From positions 189,105 through 253,104 of the forward strand of contig PALV01000017.1 of NCBI GenBank assembly GCA_002706685.1: a DNA stretch of 64,000 nucleotides, read 5' to 3'. Position numbers and translations under genes: made by a program. Of the stretch, positions 15,197-26,816 are shown in pieces (positions within the stretch are counted from its first letter, which is position 1; each line of letters starts with the position of its first letter). Under the pieces are notes generated by a model that saw nothing but the letters and a program-made list of their open reading frames with translations, did no database searches and was not told the DNA's origin. Source of the stretch: Gammaproteobacteria bacterium. Lineage in GTDB: Bacteria; Pseudomonadota; Gammaproteobacteria; Pseudomonadales; Pseudohongiellaceae.

Positions 15197-15913
15197 GTGA
15201 GCGATTCAATGATGAAGTTCTCTAAATTTGTTCCTGTCCTGCTGGTCAGCTGCCTGATCGCACTGCCTGCCGCGAGCTCGCAGTCTGCAGATGAGTCTAG
15301 CTCATCAATGGCCGCGGCTGACGATACCGCCTTGCTGCAGACCATGCTGTCTGATCTGAGCACGTTTCGTGCTGACGTCCGGCAACTGGTGATGGAGTCC
15401 AGTGGCAGTGTGCTGGAAGAAAGTCAGATTCTGTTTATGCTCAAGCGGCCAGACGGATTTTACTGGGAGACGCTGGAGCCGTTTCCGGAGTTGATTGTCA
15501 CCGACGGTGAATCTCTCTGGAATTACCAGCCCGATCTGCTGCAGTTGACCATTGATGACTGGCAGACCGATCAGTCAGAGCTCGCTGCCCAGCTGCTGGG
15601 CGGTCAGATAAATGCTGTTGCTGAATCCTACGCAATCGAAGCTGTGGCTATCGAGGGACAGCCCGGGAGCGCAGAGTTTTACCTGACGCCGCTTGATCCG
15701 TCCAGCCTCTACGAACGCGTCACCCTGTATTTCGAAAACCGCGAACCCGCCTCGATTCTCCTTGTCAGTACCAATGGACAGCGCACCTTGTGGGAGTTCT
15801 ACAATCGTCAGGTCAACCTGTCTCTGGCGTCCGATCAGTTTGTTTTTCCGGTGCCAGACGATGAATTTCTTGACGTCATCGACAATCGCAGTCAAACCGC
15901 CCCGGCCCCCTGA
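15197..15913 (+). CDS. lolA: Outer-membrane lipoprotein chaperone LolA
   Basis: LKRPDGFYWE...IVTDGESLWNYQPDLLQLT; ftsK-lolA-rarA order; start may be 15209. Confidence 0.85.
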   Translation: MSDSMMKFSKFVPVLLVSCLIALPAASSQSADESSSSMAAADDTALLQTMLSDLSTFRADVRQLVMESSGSVLEESQILFMLKRPDGFYWETLEPFPELIVTDGESLWNYQPDLLQLTIDDWQTDQSELAAQLLGGQINAVAESYAIEAVAIEGQPGSAEFYLTPLDPSSLYERVTLYFENREPASILLVSTNGQRTLWEFYNRQVNLSLASDQFVFPVPDDEFLDVIDNRSQTAPAP

Positions 15914-15924
15914 AGTGAACCCAG

Positions 15925-17298
15925 ATGCAAGCTGATCTTGACGAGCTTGAAGACACATCACTTGCCTCGCAGCCCCTGGCAGCCCGCATGCGGCCGCGCA
16001 CACTGGAAGAATACATAGGCCAGAGTCACATCATGGGGGCAGGTAAGCCGCTGCGGCAGGCGCTAGAACGCGGTGCTCTGCACTCAATGATTTTCTGGGG
16101 CCCTCCCGGAACCGGCAAGACCACGCTGGCCCGTCTGATTGCACAGCGTGCCGATGCTGCTTTCGAAAGTCTGTCGGCCGTGCTGTCCGGAGTAAAGGAC
16201 ATCCGCGCCGCCGTCGACAGGGCACGTATCAGACGGCAGCAACATGTCCGCGCAACCCTGCTGTTCGTTGATGAGGTGCACAGATTCAATAAGAGCCAGC
16301 AGGATGCGTTTCTGCCGCACATCGAAGATGGCACACTGATATTTGTTGGTGCTACCACTGAAAACCCGTCGTTTGAGCTGAATAACGCCCTGTTGTCCAG
16401 AGCCCGCACCTATGTGCTGAAAAGCCTGAGTGATGAAGAGTTGCTGCAGGTGCTGGCTGCGGCACTCGCCGACGCTGACAGGGGGCTGGGCCGGCGCGCG
16501 CTGCAACTGGATGAAGCAGCGATGTCCCGACTGGCCGCAACAGCCGACGGCGATGCGCGGCGAGCCCTGAATCTGCTGGAGATTGCTTCTGATCTGGTTG
16601 AGGATGGTGGCACTGTAGATGATTCCATTCTGGACCAGGTGCTGCAGGGATTCAGCCGCCGCTTTGACAAGGGTGGTGATGTGTTCTACGAGCAGATTTC
16701 AGCCCTTCACAAAGCCGTGCGAGGCTCATCACCGGATGCGGCACTCTACTGGATGGTGCGGATGCTCGACGGCGGTTGTGATCCGGTCTATGTGGCCCGC
16801 CGGCTGGTTCGCATGGCCAGTGAGGACATAGGCAATGCCGACCCCAGGGCGCTGCAACTGGCCATGAATGCCTGGGATGCGCAAACCCGGCTGGGCAGCC
16901 CGGAGGGAGAACTGGTGCTGGCTCAGGCAGTTATCTACCTGGCAGCGGCACCCAAGAGTAACGCGGTTTACATGGCGTTTAATGACGTTCAGGCCGATAT
17001 AGCCGCACAACCGTCCTATGAGGTACCTGAGCACCTGCGTAACGCACCAACTCGTCTGATGAAGGATATGCAGTATGGTGCTGAGTATCGCTATGCTCAC
17101 GATGAGCCTGGCAGTTATGCCGCCGGCGAGAACTATTTTCCAGAGCCACTGAAGGACAGACAGTACTACCAGCCGGGCAGCAACGGCCTGGAGCTTAAAA
17201 TTGCGGAGAAACTGGCACATCTGCGCACCCTTGATGCAGCCAGCCCAACGCAGCGTTATGCAAAGCAGGGACGTGCTTCCTCAGGAGGGCGTAAATGA
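15925..17298 (+). CDS. rarA: Replication-associated recombination protein RarA/MgsA
   Basis: [50 protein letters not shown]. Confidence 0.97.
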   Translation: MQADLDELEDTSLASQPLAARMRPRTLEEYIGQSHIMGAGKPLRQALERGALHSMIFWGPPGTGKTTLARLIAQRADAAFESLSAVLSGVKDIRAAVDRARIRRQQHVRATLLFVDEVHRFNKSQQDAFLPHIEDGTLIFVGATTENPSFELNNALLSRARTYVLKSLSDEELLQVLAAALADADRGLGRRALQLDEAAMSRLAATADGDARRALNLLEIASDLVEDGGTVDDSILDQVLQGFSRRFDKGGDVFYEQISALHKAVRGSSPDAALYWMVRMLDGGCDPVYVARRLVRMASEDIGNADPRALQLAMNAWDAQTRLGSPEGELVLAQAVIYLAAAPKSNAVYMAFNDVQADIAAQPSYEVPEHLRNAPTRLMKDMQYGAEYRYAHDEPGSYAAGENYFPEPLKDRQYYQPGSNGLELKIAEKLAHLRTLDAASPTQRYAKQGRASSGGRK

Positions 17299-17690
17299 AC
17301 CTGTGGCTGGTAATCGCTCTTGGCGGTGCTTTTGGTGCCGTTGGTCGCTACGCACTTATGCAGTGGGTCACGCGGGCCACGGCTTCTCTGGGACCGATTG
17401 GCCACAGCCTGCCGTGGGGCACACTGGCCGTGAATGTATTAGGGTCGGCATTGATTGGCGTGCTGTACGTATTGTTCTCTGAGAAGCTCGCCGTATCCGA
17501 GACAGTCAGGGGGCTCTGGGTAGTTGGTTTGCTGGGAGCCTTCACGACCTTTTCAACATTTTCGCTGGATACAGTATTGTTGATAGAGCAGGGCCAACTG
17601 GCCCAGGCAGTGGCCTACACGTTCATGAGCGTGGTGCTGTGTGTATTGATGGCATGGCTCGGCATAGCCTTGATGCGCCTGCTGACGTAA
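17295..17690 (+). CDS. crcB: Fluoride channel Fluc/CrcB
   Basis: [30 protein letters not shown]. Confidence 0.95.
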   Translation: MNLWLVIALGGAFGAVGRYALMQWVTRATASLGPIGHSLPWGTLAVNVLGSALIGVLYVLFSEKLAVSETVRGLWVVGLLGAFTTFSTFSLDTVLLIEQGQLAQAVAYTFMSVVLCVLMAWLGIALMRLLT

Positions 17691-17731
17691 AATCACGCCC
17701 CTGACGCGGTACGCCTGTACTCGAACGCTAA

Positions 17732-19036
<1,305 letters not shown>

Positions 19037-19039
19037 GTA

Positions 19040-20425
19040 ATGGATTACCTGCCGCTGTTCATGAACGTCACACACCGTCGCTGCCTTCTGGTTGGCGCCG
19101 GTGAGGTGGCCAGCCGCAAAGCGGCATTGTTGAGTCGCTGTGGCGCGCATCTTGTCGTCGTCGCCCCCTGGATAAGTGATGAGGTGCGCGCACTCGCCGC
19201 GCAAACCGAGCTTGAGCTGCATGAGCGGCCATTTCAGGATGGGGATCTTGAAGAGGTCGATCTGGTCATAGCCGCCACCGACGATCCGGCGGTCAACATC
19301 AGGGTCTCGGAACTCGCCAGACAGCGCCGTCTTCCCGTGAATGTGGTCGATCAGCCGGACCTGTGCAGTTTTATTGTGCCCGCCATCGTGGACCGCTCAC
19401 CGGTGGTCATTGCGATTTCCACGGGTGGCAGTTCTCCCGTGCTGACCCGACGCATTAAGGAACAGATAGAGATTCTGCTGCCTGCCGCCTACGGCAGACT
19501 GGCTGACATGCTTGGTGGCTGGCGTTCTCGCGTAAAAGAGCGATTCGAAAGCTTCTCTGACCGCACGCGCTTCTGGGAATCACTGCTGAGTGGTATTTTG
19601 CCTGACAAAGTACTGCAGGGCCGGGACGACGAGGCTATTGAGCTGTTTGAGAACGCTCTGAAGCAGGGAGTCGATGATGCTCAGAACGGCGAGGTTTATC
19701 TGGTTGGTGCAGGTCCGGGCGATCCGGATCTGCTCACACTGAAGGCCTTGCGCTTGATGTATGCGGCAGATGTGGTGCTGTTTGACCGCCTGGTTTCGCC
19801 GGAAATCATGAAGCGCGTCCGGCCAGACGCCGACCGGGTTTTTGTCGGCAAGGAGGCCAGGCATCATCCGGTTCCGCAGGAAGAGATCAATGATCTGCTG
19901 GTGCGCCTGGCGAGCGAGGGCAAGAAGGTGCTGCGCCTCAAAGGCGGCGATCCCTTCATCTTCGGGCGCGGCGGCGAGGAAATAGACAGACTGACCGAGG
20001 CGGGTATTCCGTTTCAGGTGGTACCGGGTATCACGGCGGCCTCAGGTTGTTCAGCTTATGCGGGTATTCCACTGACGCATCGTGATTTTTCCCAATCAGT
20101 GCGCTTCGTTACGGGGCATCTCAAGAACGATCAACCTGACCTTGACTGGCAGGCGCTGGCAGCGGAGCAGCAAACGCTCGTGATCTACATGGGGCTGCTG
20201 ACACTGCCGTTGATCTGTGAACAGCTGCTGAGTCATGGCATGAGCACTGATATGCCGGTAGCGGTAGTAGAGCAGGGCACCTTGCCACAGCAGCGTGTGG
20301 TCAAGGGGACACTGACAACCATTGCTGACAAAGTGGCGGCGGCTGAAGTCAAGGCGCCCGCCATTATCATCATTGGACAGGTGGTTCGCCTGCAGAATCA
20401 GCTGGCATGGTTTGGTTCTGACTGA
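19040..20425 (+). CDS. cysG: Siroheme synthase CysG
   Basis: [12 protein letters not shown]-terminal domain plus [15 protein letters not shown] / [16 protein letters not shown] methyltransferase domain. Confidence 0.96.
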   Translation: MDYLPLFMNVTHRRCLLVGAGEVASRKAALLSRCGAHLVVVAPWISDEVRALAAQTELELHERPFQDGDLEEVDLVIAATDDPAVNIRVSELARQRRLPVNVVDQPDLCSFIVPAIVDRSPVVIAISTGGSSPVLTRRIKEQIEILLPAAYGRLADMLGGWRSRVKERFESFSDRTRFWESLLSGILPDKVLQGRDDEAIELFENALKQGVDDAQNGEVYLVGAGPGDPDLLTLKALRLMYAADVVLFDRLVSPEIMKRVRPDADRVFVGKEARHHPVPQEEINDLLVRLASEGKKVLRLKGGDPFIFGRGGEEIDRLTEAGIPFQVVPGITAASGCSAYAGIPLTHRDFSQSVRFVTGHLKNDQPDLDWQALAAEQQTLVIYMGLLTLPLICEQLLSHGMSTDMPVAVVEQGTLPQQRVVKGTLTTIADKVAAAEVKAPAIIIIGQVVRLQNQLAWFGSD

Positions 20426-21734
20426 GTTTGAGTCGCAACGCCGGCAGGTAGGCAGCCAGCGTCAAAGCCCGGGCAAGGACATATATCACAAACGCCGCCC
20501 ACAGGCCGGACACCTGGTAGGCCGGCGTCAAAACCAGACTGGCGCCAAGAAACACCGCTACGGACATGATTGAGGCGTTGCGCATCTGACGCGTCTGGGT
20601 AGTGCCGATGAATATGCCGTCCAGCTGGAACGCCGCAAACGCCAGCGCGACATAAAGCGCGGCCAGCGGTAGCCCTTCACTGGCTGCCAGCCGCACAGCG
20701 TCATGCTGGTTCAACAGCGCCACAAAAAAATCTCCTGCAAACCAGATGATGGTGGCAAGAAGCACACTGCTGCCAGCCGCCAGCTCAGTACTGCGCCACA
20801 GGGCCTGATCAAAGGTATTCAGATCTCTAGCCCCCATGGCCTCGCCGACCAGGGCTTCTGCTATGTAGGCATAGGCATCGAGGAAAAACGCGGAAAAAGA
20901 AATCAGTTGTAACAGGATATGGTTGGCCGCCAATACATCATCACCGAACTGTGCACTCTGTCGCACGAACCAGGCAAAGCTGGCCACCATCAGAATCGTC
21001 CTGATCATGATGTCGCGATTGACACTTAAGGTTTGTCGAAGGGATTTTAAATCCTTCAGTTTTTCCCAGGGCAGCAGGGGAAATCTATCGCGATCGGGCA
21101 GAGCTCTGACCACTACAAACAGCGCCACACCCAGAGTAATCCACTCGGCGATCAGCGTGCCCAGTGCGATGCCAACAACGCCCATCTGCAAAACCCCGGC
21201 GAACAGGATGTCCAGTATCACATTTAATCCGTTCATCAAGATCTGTACAAACAGCAGCGTTTTGCTTTTTCCGAGTCCAATCAGGCATCCCATCAGGGCG
21301 AACAGTGCCAGCGCGGCCGGAGCGCCCCAGATTCGCATGTGGATGTAGTCATGTGTCAGCGTTTCTACGGCGACACTTCCCTGGAGAAGGGTGATAGAGA
21401 TGCTGCTTAGAGGATATTGAAGAATAATTAACAGACAGCCAATTATGGTGCCGAGAAACACGGCTCGCCACAGTGCTGCACGTATTTCCAATGCGTTTTT
21501 GGCACCAAGAGCCTGCGCCACGAAGCCGGTTGTGCCCATGCGCAAAAATCCGAAACTCCAGTAGGCAAAACTGAAAACGATCGCGCCGAATGCAATGGCG
21601 CCAAGTGCCTCCAGAGATCCAAAGTTTCCGATGACAGCGGTGTCAGATAGGCCCAGCAGGGGCACAGAGGCGTTGGCCAGCATTACTGGCCAGGCGCGTC
21701 GAAGAATTGTGCGACGTGTAACCGGAACGCTCAT
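20370..21734 (-). CDS. MATE family transporter (DinF-like)
   Basis: AWPVMLANASVPLLGLSDTAVIG, FGFLRMGTTG, about 12 hydrophobic segments. Confidence 0.9.
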   Translation of the reverse strand: MSVPVTRRTILRRAWPVMLANASVPLLGLSDTAVIGNFGSLEALGAIAFGAIVFSFAYWSFGFLRMGTTGFVAQALGAKNALEIRAALWRAVFLGTIIGCLLIILQYPLSSISITLLQGSVAVETLTHDYIHMRIWGAPAALALFALMGCLIGLGKSKTLLFVQILMNGLNVILDILFAGVLQMGVVGIALGTLIAEWITLGVALFVVVRALPDRDRFPLLPWEKLKDLKSLRQTLSVNRDIMIRTILMVASFAWFVRQSAQFGDDVLAANHILLQLISFSAFFLDAYAYIAEALVGEAMGARDLNTFDQALWRSTELAAGSSVLLATIIWFAGDFFVALLNQHDAVRLAASEGLPLAALYVALAFAAFQLDGIFIGTTQTRQMRNASIMSVAVFLGASLVLTPAYQVSGLWAAFVIYVLARALTLAAYLPALRLKLSQNQTMPADSAGEPPVQ

Positions 21735-22847
21735 TCAGTCAATGAGGTGGTAGTGATCGCGAAGTATGTCGATGATTTCCGCTTTGGGGTTATCCGGAAC
21801 ATAGACGTGTTGGCCGGTGATTTTTTCTGCCATTTTGATGTACGTGCGTGACACGTCCAGCAGGGCCTGTTGTGGCAGGGCGTTGTCGCGTGCCAGAGCA
21901 AGGCGTTCATCCATGCGATTTTTGTTGAGCAGAATATCGGGATCCGGGAAGTGATTCAGCAGAAACTGACGAAATGCTTCCTTGGATTGCTCTACGATCT
22001 GACCCTGCCGATAGTCTTCACCATTCCAGATTCGTGAGGAGTCGGGTGTGCCTACTTCGTCCATATAGATCAGACGCTGCTCGCCGTGGCGATCTGTGAC
22101 GTAACCGAATTCAAATTTGGTATCCACAAATATCTGGTCGATGGAGGAGAGTTCTTCACTTATTGCAGCAAAGCCCTCGGCCAGCAGCTTTTCGTAAACC
22201 GCAATGTCGTCTTGCGTCTTAAAGCCGAAGGCAGCGTAATTGTCCTGAATATCCTGGCGTGAAATGTTCACATCGTCGGCTTCCGGGACCCCGGGAATGC
22301 CTTTCAATATGCCTTTGGTGGAAGGCGTAATCAGCAGCTCAGGCAGACGCTGGTTCTTTTGCAGTCCTTCCGGCAGCTGGTTGCCACAGAAATCACGCTC
22401 ACCGTTCGCGTATGCCCGCCACATGGAGCCAGTAATGTACTGCCGACAGATGGCTTCGATCTTGACCGGCTGTGCCTGTTGCACAATCCAGACAAAGGGG
22501 TGGGGTATATCCACGATATGCGAGTCTGCCAGGCCTTCATTGCGAAACAGGCTGAACCAGTGGCTGGCGATGGCATTTAACGCCGCACCTTTGCCCGGCA
22601 CGCCATTCAGTCTACCTTCTGCGTGCCATATGCAATCGAATGCAGACAGACGGTCACTGATAACCATCACGGCCAGCGGCGCATCAGCCCGAACCGGGTA
22701 GTCGCGTTCGCGGATCAGTCGTGCGCTGTCCTCGGCGGTAAGCCAGTACACAGAGCGTACCTTGCCACTGTGAACCGGGCGGTTTGTTCGAATCGGGAGG
22801 TCGTCATTGACGGCCAGTACGCTGTTGGCATAGGTCATGGTTGTCAT
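21735..22847 (-). CDS. purC: SAICAR synthase, long (Vibrio-type) form
   Basis: [49 protein letters not shown]; 370 aa. Confidence 0.9.
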   Translation of the reverse strand: MTTMTYANSVLAVNDDLPIRTNRPVHSGKVRSVYWLTAEDSARLIRERDYPVRADAPLAVMVISDRLSAFDCIWHAEGRLNGVPGKGAALNAIASHWFSLFRNEGLADSHIVDIPHPFVWIVQQAQPVKIEAICRQYITGSMWRAYANGERDFCGNQLPEGLQKNQRLPELLITPSTKGILKGIPGVPEADDVNISRQDIQDNYAAFGFKTQDDIAVYEKLLAEGFAAISEELSSIDQIFVDTKFEFGYVTDRHGEQRLIYMDEVGTPDSSRIWNGEDYRQGQIVEQSKEAFRQFLLNHFPDPDILLNKNRMDERLALARDNALPQQALLDVSRTYIKMAEKITGQHVYVPDNPKAEIIDILRDHYHLID

Positions 22848-22942
22848 TCAACTCGCAGTTTGAAGGTCAGTCAGGCGCTGTCAGTTTGAAATCTGTCTCG
22901 CCGGAAGCCAAATCATAGCAGAAAGCCAAAGTCGAATGCTGT

Positions 22943-23281
22943 CTAGAAACAATTAGCAGGGCGGGGCAGTCCAGCTAGTTTGCTGACAGTCAATGCCGGC
23001 TTGCCTCCAAACAGCTTCATCAAATAGATACTGCGCCCTTTGTCAGGGCCGGCGCGTTGTGCCACCAGGCGGACCAGCGCACGAGTGGCAGGGGCCAGGC
23101 CGGTTTCTTCGTAGAACTGCTGGACCAGGTGGATGATTTCCCAGTGTGCGTCTGTCAGCGAGATGTTTTCGTTGTTAGCCAGCGTGCCGGCGACCTCGAT
23201 GCTCCAGTCATCCAGGGAGCGCAGGTAGCCATCCTTGTCCAGCGGGATACGGCGGCCATCAGGCAGGGACAGTGCATTCAT
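22943..23281 (-). CDS. tusE: Sulfur relay protein TusE/DsrC
   Basis: LDKDGYL..LDDWS, HWEII, LAGLPRPANCF C-terminal Cys. Confidence 0.93.
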   Translation of the reverse strand: MNALSLPDGRRIPLDKDGYLRSLDDWSIEVAGTLANNENISLTDAHWEIIHLVQQFYEETGLAPATRALVRLVAQRAGPDKGRSIYLMKLFGGKPALTVSKLAGLPRPANCF

Positions 23282-23282
23282 G

Positions 23283-23573
23283 TCAGGACCAGGTGACCGA
23301 ATTTTTGTGGCTGCAGACCAGCATCACGAAGTCATCATAGCCAGCGGCCTTTGCCTCGGACTTTGACAAAGCCTGTTCAAGGCCACGCGCCTGCGCGTCT
23401 TCTGTCAGTACGTAATAGTCCACTTTCAGCGCGGCCAAAGCCGCTTGATTCTGAAGTACCAACACGCCGTCCTGTGTAAACAGAATGCTGTCACCATCAA
23501 GACAGACAGACAGGCATTGCTCCAGTGATGTGCTGCCAAACGGCGACTGATTAATGATATGCAGGGTGCTCAT
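23283..23573 (-). CDS. tusB: Sulfur relay protein TusB/DsrH
   Basis: MSTLHIINQSP, DSILFTQDGV; operon position. Confidence 0.9.
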   Translation of the reverse strand: MSTLHIINQSPFGSTSLEQCLSVCLDGDSILFTQDGVLVLQNQAALAALKVDYYVLTEDAQARGLEQALSKSEAKAAGYDDFVMLVCSHKNSVTWS

Positions 23574-23935
23574 AGTGTGACCAGTACATCCGATTCGTGA
23601 ATCAGCGTGGCCAGCTGTTCTGTCGAAACCGATTCGACATCGATAGCCAGGCCGTCCAGGGACAGATTGCGTTGCTGCAGGGATTCGGCATCAACATAGA
23701 CAGATTCAATGCCATAAAGCGGAAGCGCTGTCAGTGCTGCGGAGGTGTTTTTAGCCAGGATGCCAGCGGGCTGCTGGTCCGGAAGCAACTGAAATACCCC
23801 ATCTGACATGAAAATCAGTTGCACATTCTGCTCGAAGACTGCGGCAGACAAGGCCATATCCAGAGCAGCCTTGGCTTTGCTGCTGCCGTACGGTGCCTGC
23901 TTGATCAGCAGCGTTATACTGCGTGTTTTGCTCAT
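23570..23935 (-). CDS. tusC: Sulfur relay protein TusC/DsrF
   Basis: QAPYGS...ALDMAL...FMSDGVFQL. Confidence 0.92.
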   Translation of the reverse strand: MSKTRSITLLIKQAPYGSSKAKAALDMALSAAVFEQNVQLIFMSDGVFQLLPDQQPAGILAKNTSAALTALPLYGIESVYVDAESLQQRNLSLDGLAIDVESVSTEQLATLIHESDVLVTL

Positions 23936-23956
23936 GGCTGATTTGATCCCTGACCT

Positions 23957-24343
23957 TTAAAAGCTGACCAGCCGATCGGAGTGTATACAGGCATCCACCC
24001 ACTGACCAAGGCCGGAGATGGTGAATCCTTTTGCCAGATTGGCGGCAGGTCTTTCGTAGCGCTCGGCTTCCTCTTCGTTAAGGAGCCCGCGTTTCAGCGC
24101 TGACGCCACACAGACAACAGCGTCCAGATCGTGCTGCTGGATCAGTTCCTGCCATGCTGCTCTGAGATCGTATTCATCCTGCGGGACGACGGCGAGATTT
24201 GTACCAGTACCTACACCCTGTTCGTAGAAAAACAGCCTGTAAATTTCGTGTCCTGCATCAAGAGCTGCACGTGCGAAGCTCAAGGCGGACTGATTGGATT
24301 GATTCTCGCCCGGTGCGGACATGATAAGCAGACTGATTTTCAC
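23957..24343 (-). CDS. tusD: Sulfur relay protein TusD/DsrE
   Basis: FFYEQGV, VCVASALKRG, GFTISGLGQ. Confidence 0.93.
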   Translation of the reverse strand: MKISLLIMSAPGENQSNQSALSFARAALDAGHEIYRLFFYEQGVGTGTNLAVVPQDEYDLRAAWQELIQQHDLDAVVCVASALKRGLLNEEEAERYERPAANLAKGFTISGLGQWVDACIHSDRLVSF

Positions 24344-24416
24344 AGCGGTCTCTCAGTAATATGCCAGCTGGCCAAAAGTGATAGCTGCGTATTATGCACC
24401 ATTACTACTCACTAAC

Positions 24417-24443
24417 AAAAAGCCCCGGGAAACCGGGGCTTTT
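24417..24443. terminator. Intrinsic terminator after yccA (possibly bidirectional)
   Basis: AAAAAGCCCCGG-GAAA-CCGGGGCTTTT; GC stem with A/T tracts on both sides. Confidence 0.85.
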
Positions 24444-24524
24444 ATGTCAAAGCGAATTAATATTACGGCCAGAGCCACAGGCTGCAGATGTTTGTTAGCA
24501 CCGGCAGCCGCGTTTCACCTGGTC

Positions 24525-25193
24525 TTACTCTTCGCCGCCAAAGGCTGTCAGCAGATTCAGCAGGCTGATAAAGATGTTGTACAGCGAGACGTAAAGAGTA
24601 ACGGTAGCCAGAATGTAGTTGCGCTCACCGCCATTTATGATCGCGCCAGTCTGCATCAGGATAGCGGCGCTGGAGAACAGCATGAAGGCGCCTGACAGGA
24701 CCAGTTGCAGAGCCGGAATCTGCAGGAACAGATTGGCTACGAACATGGCCAGAATGACAAAGAAACCTGCCATCATGAAACCGTTCAGGAAGCTGAAGTC
24801 CTTACGGGAGATCAAGGCGTAGGCTGACAGCCCCAGGAAGATGAAGGCTGTACCACCCATGGCTGTCATCACCAGCTGGCTGCCGTTGGCGGTTGCGGTG
24901 TAGTAGCCGAGAATAGGGCCCAGTGTGTAACCCATAAAACCAGTCAGTGCGAAAACGGACAACAGGCCCCAGGCACTGTCAGCGAGTTTGTGCGTGAGGA
25001 ACAGCAATCCGTAGAAGCCAATCAGCATTACCCAGATGTTGACTGGGGCTGCGTTGCTTGCCATTGCGAATCCGGCAGTCAGCGCACTGAAAGCCAGCGT
25101 CAGGGCAAGCAGCATATAGGTGTTTTTAAGAACCTTGTTGACTACAACCGCTGACTCGCGGCTCTGTGTGGTACCAATCTGGTACTGGCTCAT
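24525..25193 (-). CDS. yccA: Bax inhibitor-1/YccA family membrane protein
   Basis: NKVLKNTYMLL, GGERNYILATVTLYVSLYNIF; adjacent to tRNA-Ser as in enterobacteria. Confidence 0.93.
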   Translation of the reverse strand: MSQYQIGTTQSRESAVVVNKVLKNTYMLLALTLAFSALTAGFAMASNAAPVNIWVMLIGFYGLLFLTHKLADSAWGLLSVFALTGFMGYTLGPILGYYTATANGSQLVMTAMGGTAFIFLGLSAYALISRKDFSFLNGFMMAGFFVILAMFVANLFLQIPALQLVLSGAFMLFSSAAILMQTGAIINGGERNYILATVTLYVSLYNIFISLLNLLTAFGGEE

Positions 25194-25332
25194 ACAGGTA
25201 AACCTCCAAAAAATACTATGGTTAACGTCCTTCAGTCGCTAATCATACCGACTGCCTACCCGAAATCAATGCATTTCGGATTGACTTCGACCTTTAAAAA
25301 GACCGGGTACCAGGTGATTTTTATTCTGGCTG

Positions 25333-25360
25333 TTGACTGCTGCCAGAATTGTAGTAACAT
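25333..25360 (+). promoter_or_regulatory. Putative sigma70 promoter of tRNA-Ser
   Basis: TTGACT-16 bp-TAACAT followed by GC-rich GCCGC, 17 bp upstream of the tRNA. Confidence 0.5.
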
Positions 25361-25377
25361 GCCGCTTCTCGCGCTGC

Positions 25378-25467
25378 GGAGGGGTGGCAGAGCGGTTGAA
25401 TGCACCGGTCTTGAAAACCGGCGAGGGTGAAAGCCCTCCGAGAGTTCGAATCTCTCCCCCTCCGCCA
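25378..25467 (+). tRNA. tRNA-Ser (anticodon TGA)
   Basis: GGAGGGG acceptor strand pairs with CCCCTCC, encoded CCA end, anticodon loop CT-TGA-AA, long variable arm GAGGG-TGAAAG-CCCTC, GTTCGAATC T-loop; 90 nt. Confidence 0.97.
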
Positions 25468-25475
25468 TTTATAGT

Positions 25476-25569
25476 ATCCTCGCAGTCCATTGCCATCCCC
25501 TGACGACATTAATTTTTCCACTGCCCAGCAGCGGGGAGAGATTTGAACGTCAGAGTTCGACACCTTGCG
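25476..25569 (+). repeat. 94-bp direct repeat, copy A (tRNA-downstream)
   Basis: ATCCTCGCAGTC...CAGCAGCGG(G/A)GAGAGATTTGAACGTCA(G/C)AGTTCGACACCTTGCG; aligns without gaps to 25765-25858. Confidence 0.85.
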
Positions 25570-25658
25570 CAGCAAGGTGCGACGAGCGCGCCAGCGCGAA
25601 GCCCCGGCTTCTGCGAAGCAGGGGTTGTAAACAGCCCACAGGCTGTTTGCAATCAATC

Positions 25659-25671
25659 CTCCCCCTCCGCC
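25659..25671 (+). repeat. Copy of the tRNA-Ser 3' end
   Basis: CTCCCCCTCCGCC identical to tRNA 25454-25466, preceded by AATC as in the tRNA. Confidence 0.75.
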
Positions 25672-25764
25672 GCTAACCGAAACCGAGACTCAAGACAGTG
25701 AGCTCTGTTGATGGCAACCAACAACTTAAAAAGCCTCGAGTTCCAGCGTTCGAATTAAGGATAG

Positions 25765-25858
25765 ATCCTCGCAGTCTATTACCACCCTAAAACGTTGAAA
25801 ATTTCTTCTCTGCTCAGCAGCGGAGAGAGATTTGAACGTCACAGTTCGACACCTTGCG
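25765..25858 (+). repeat. 94-bp direct repeat, copy B
   Basis: Diverged copy of 25476-25569. Confidence 0.85.
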
Positions 25859-25868
25859 TGATGCGCAG

Positions 25869-26816
25869 TCAGAGTTCGGTAATCACCGTACCCTCACGCA
25901 CCTGCTCCAGCCAATCCATATTCTCGAGCTGATTTCCCGGCGTGCTGATCGCTGCTGCTGCCGCCGCAACACCGTAAGCAAAGGCCTCCTGAACAGGCTG
26001 GCCCTGGTAGAGTTTGCAGGTCATGACAGACACGAATGCATCTCCCGCACCGGCATGGCTGACTACCTCGACCCTGGGAGGCATGGCATGTAATTGCAGG
26101 CCTTCACGACTGACCAGCATTGCGCCATTAGGACCAAGTGTCAGTACCATGTGGTCTGCCATTCCCTCAGCCAGCATCGCCTTGAGTGCTGGCAGTCTTT
26201 CAGCGGGCGACTCGCCGCCAACGTAACCAAGCGCCTTAAAATCCTCGCGGTTCAGCTTTACCAGATGGACACCTTTGGCGAGAGCCAGGCGCAGGGGATT
26301 ACCTGAGGTATCGAGCACTACGCGAAGATGATGTTCATGGCATTGCTCAACAAGCTCGGCAAAAAAGGAGTCCGGGACAGAAGGGGGCAGGGACCCACTG
26401 ATGACCAGTAGTTGTGGTTTAGGCGTGAACTCACGTATGGTCTTCTGACAGGACAGCCATTCCTCTTGTACAAGCGTCGCGCCCGGAAACACCAAGTGCA
26501 ATGCCAGGCCGGATGCCTGCTCATCAAGCACAATGTTCTGTGTAGTTTCGTTTGCAATAGGGACGCGAATGAAGCTCTGGCCATCATCGTCCAGTAGTCT
26601 CGACAACAGCTCTCCATGGTAACCTCCGGCCGGGAATACTGCCGTTGTGCTGACGCCCATGCGCCGGAGATTGCGAGCGACGTTGATACCTCCGCCACCA
26701 GGCAGCTGTCTGGTGATCTGGCATCGTGTCTTGCTGTCGTGGAAAAACTGCTCGGTGACGGCAAACATGTCCACGGCCGGGCTCATGGTGAGCGTCAGGA
26801 TCACTTGCGGCTCCAT
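25869..26816 (-). CDS. PfkB/1-phosphofructokinase family hexose kinase
   Basis: TLTMSPAVD, PGGGGINVAR, SGSLPP, VKLNRED, HAGAGDAF PfkB motif. Confidence 0.9.
   Translation of the reverse strand: MEPQVILTLTMSPAVDMFAVTEQFFHDSKTRCQITRQLPGGGGINVARNLRRMGVSTTAVFPAGGYHGELLSRLLDDDGQSFIRVPIANETTQNIVLDEQASGLALHLVFPGATLVQEEWLSCQKTIREFTPKPQLLVISGSLPPSVPDSFFAELVEQCHEHHLRVVLDTSGNPLRLALAKGVHLVKLNREDFKALGYVGGESPAERLPALKAMLAEGMADHMVLTLGPNGAMLVSREGLQLHAMPPRVEVVSHAGAGDAFVSVMTCKLYQGQPVQEAFAYGVAAAAAAISTPGNQLENMDWLEQVREGTVITEL

Noticed and set aside
25218-25656. Short ORFs overlapping tRNA-Ser
   Set aside because: Artefacts of reading through the tRNA and repeats.
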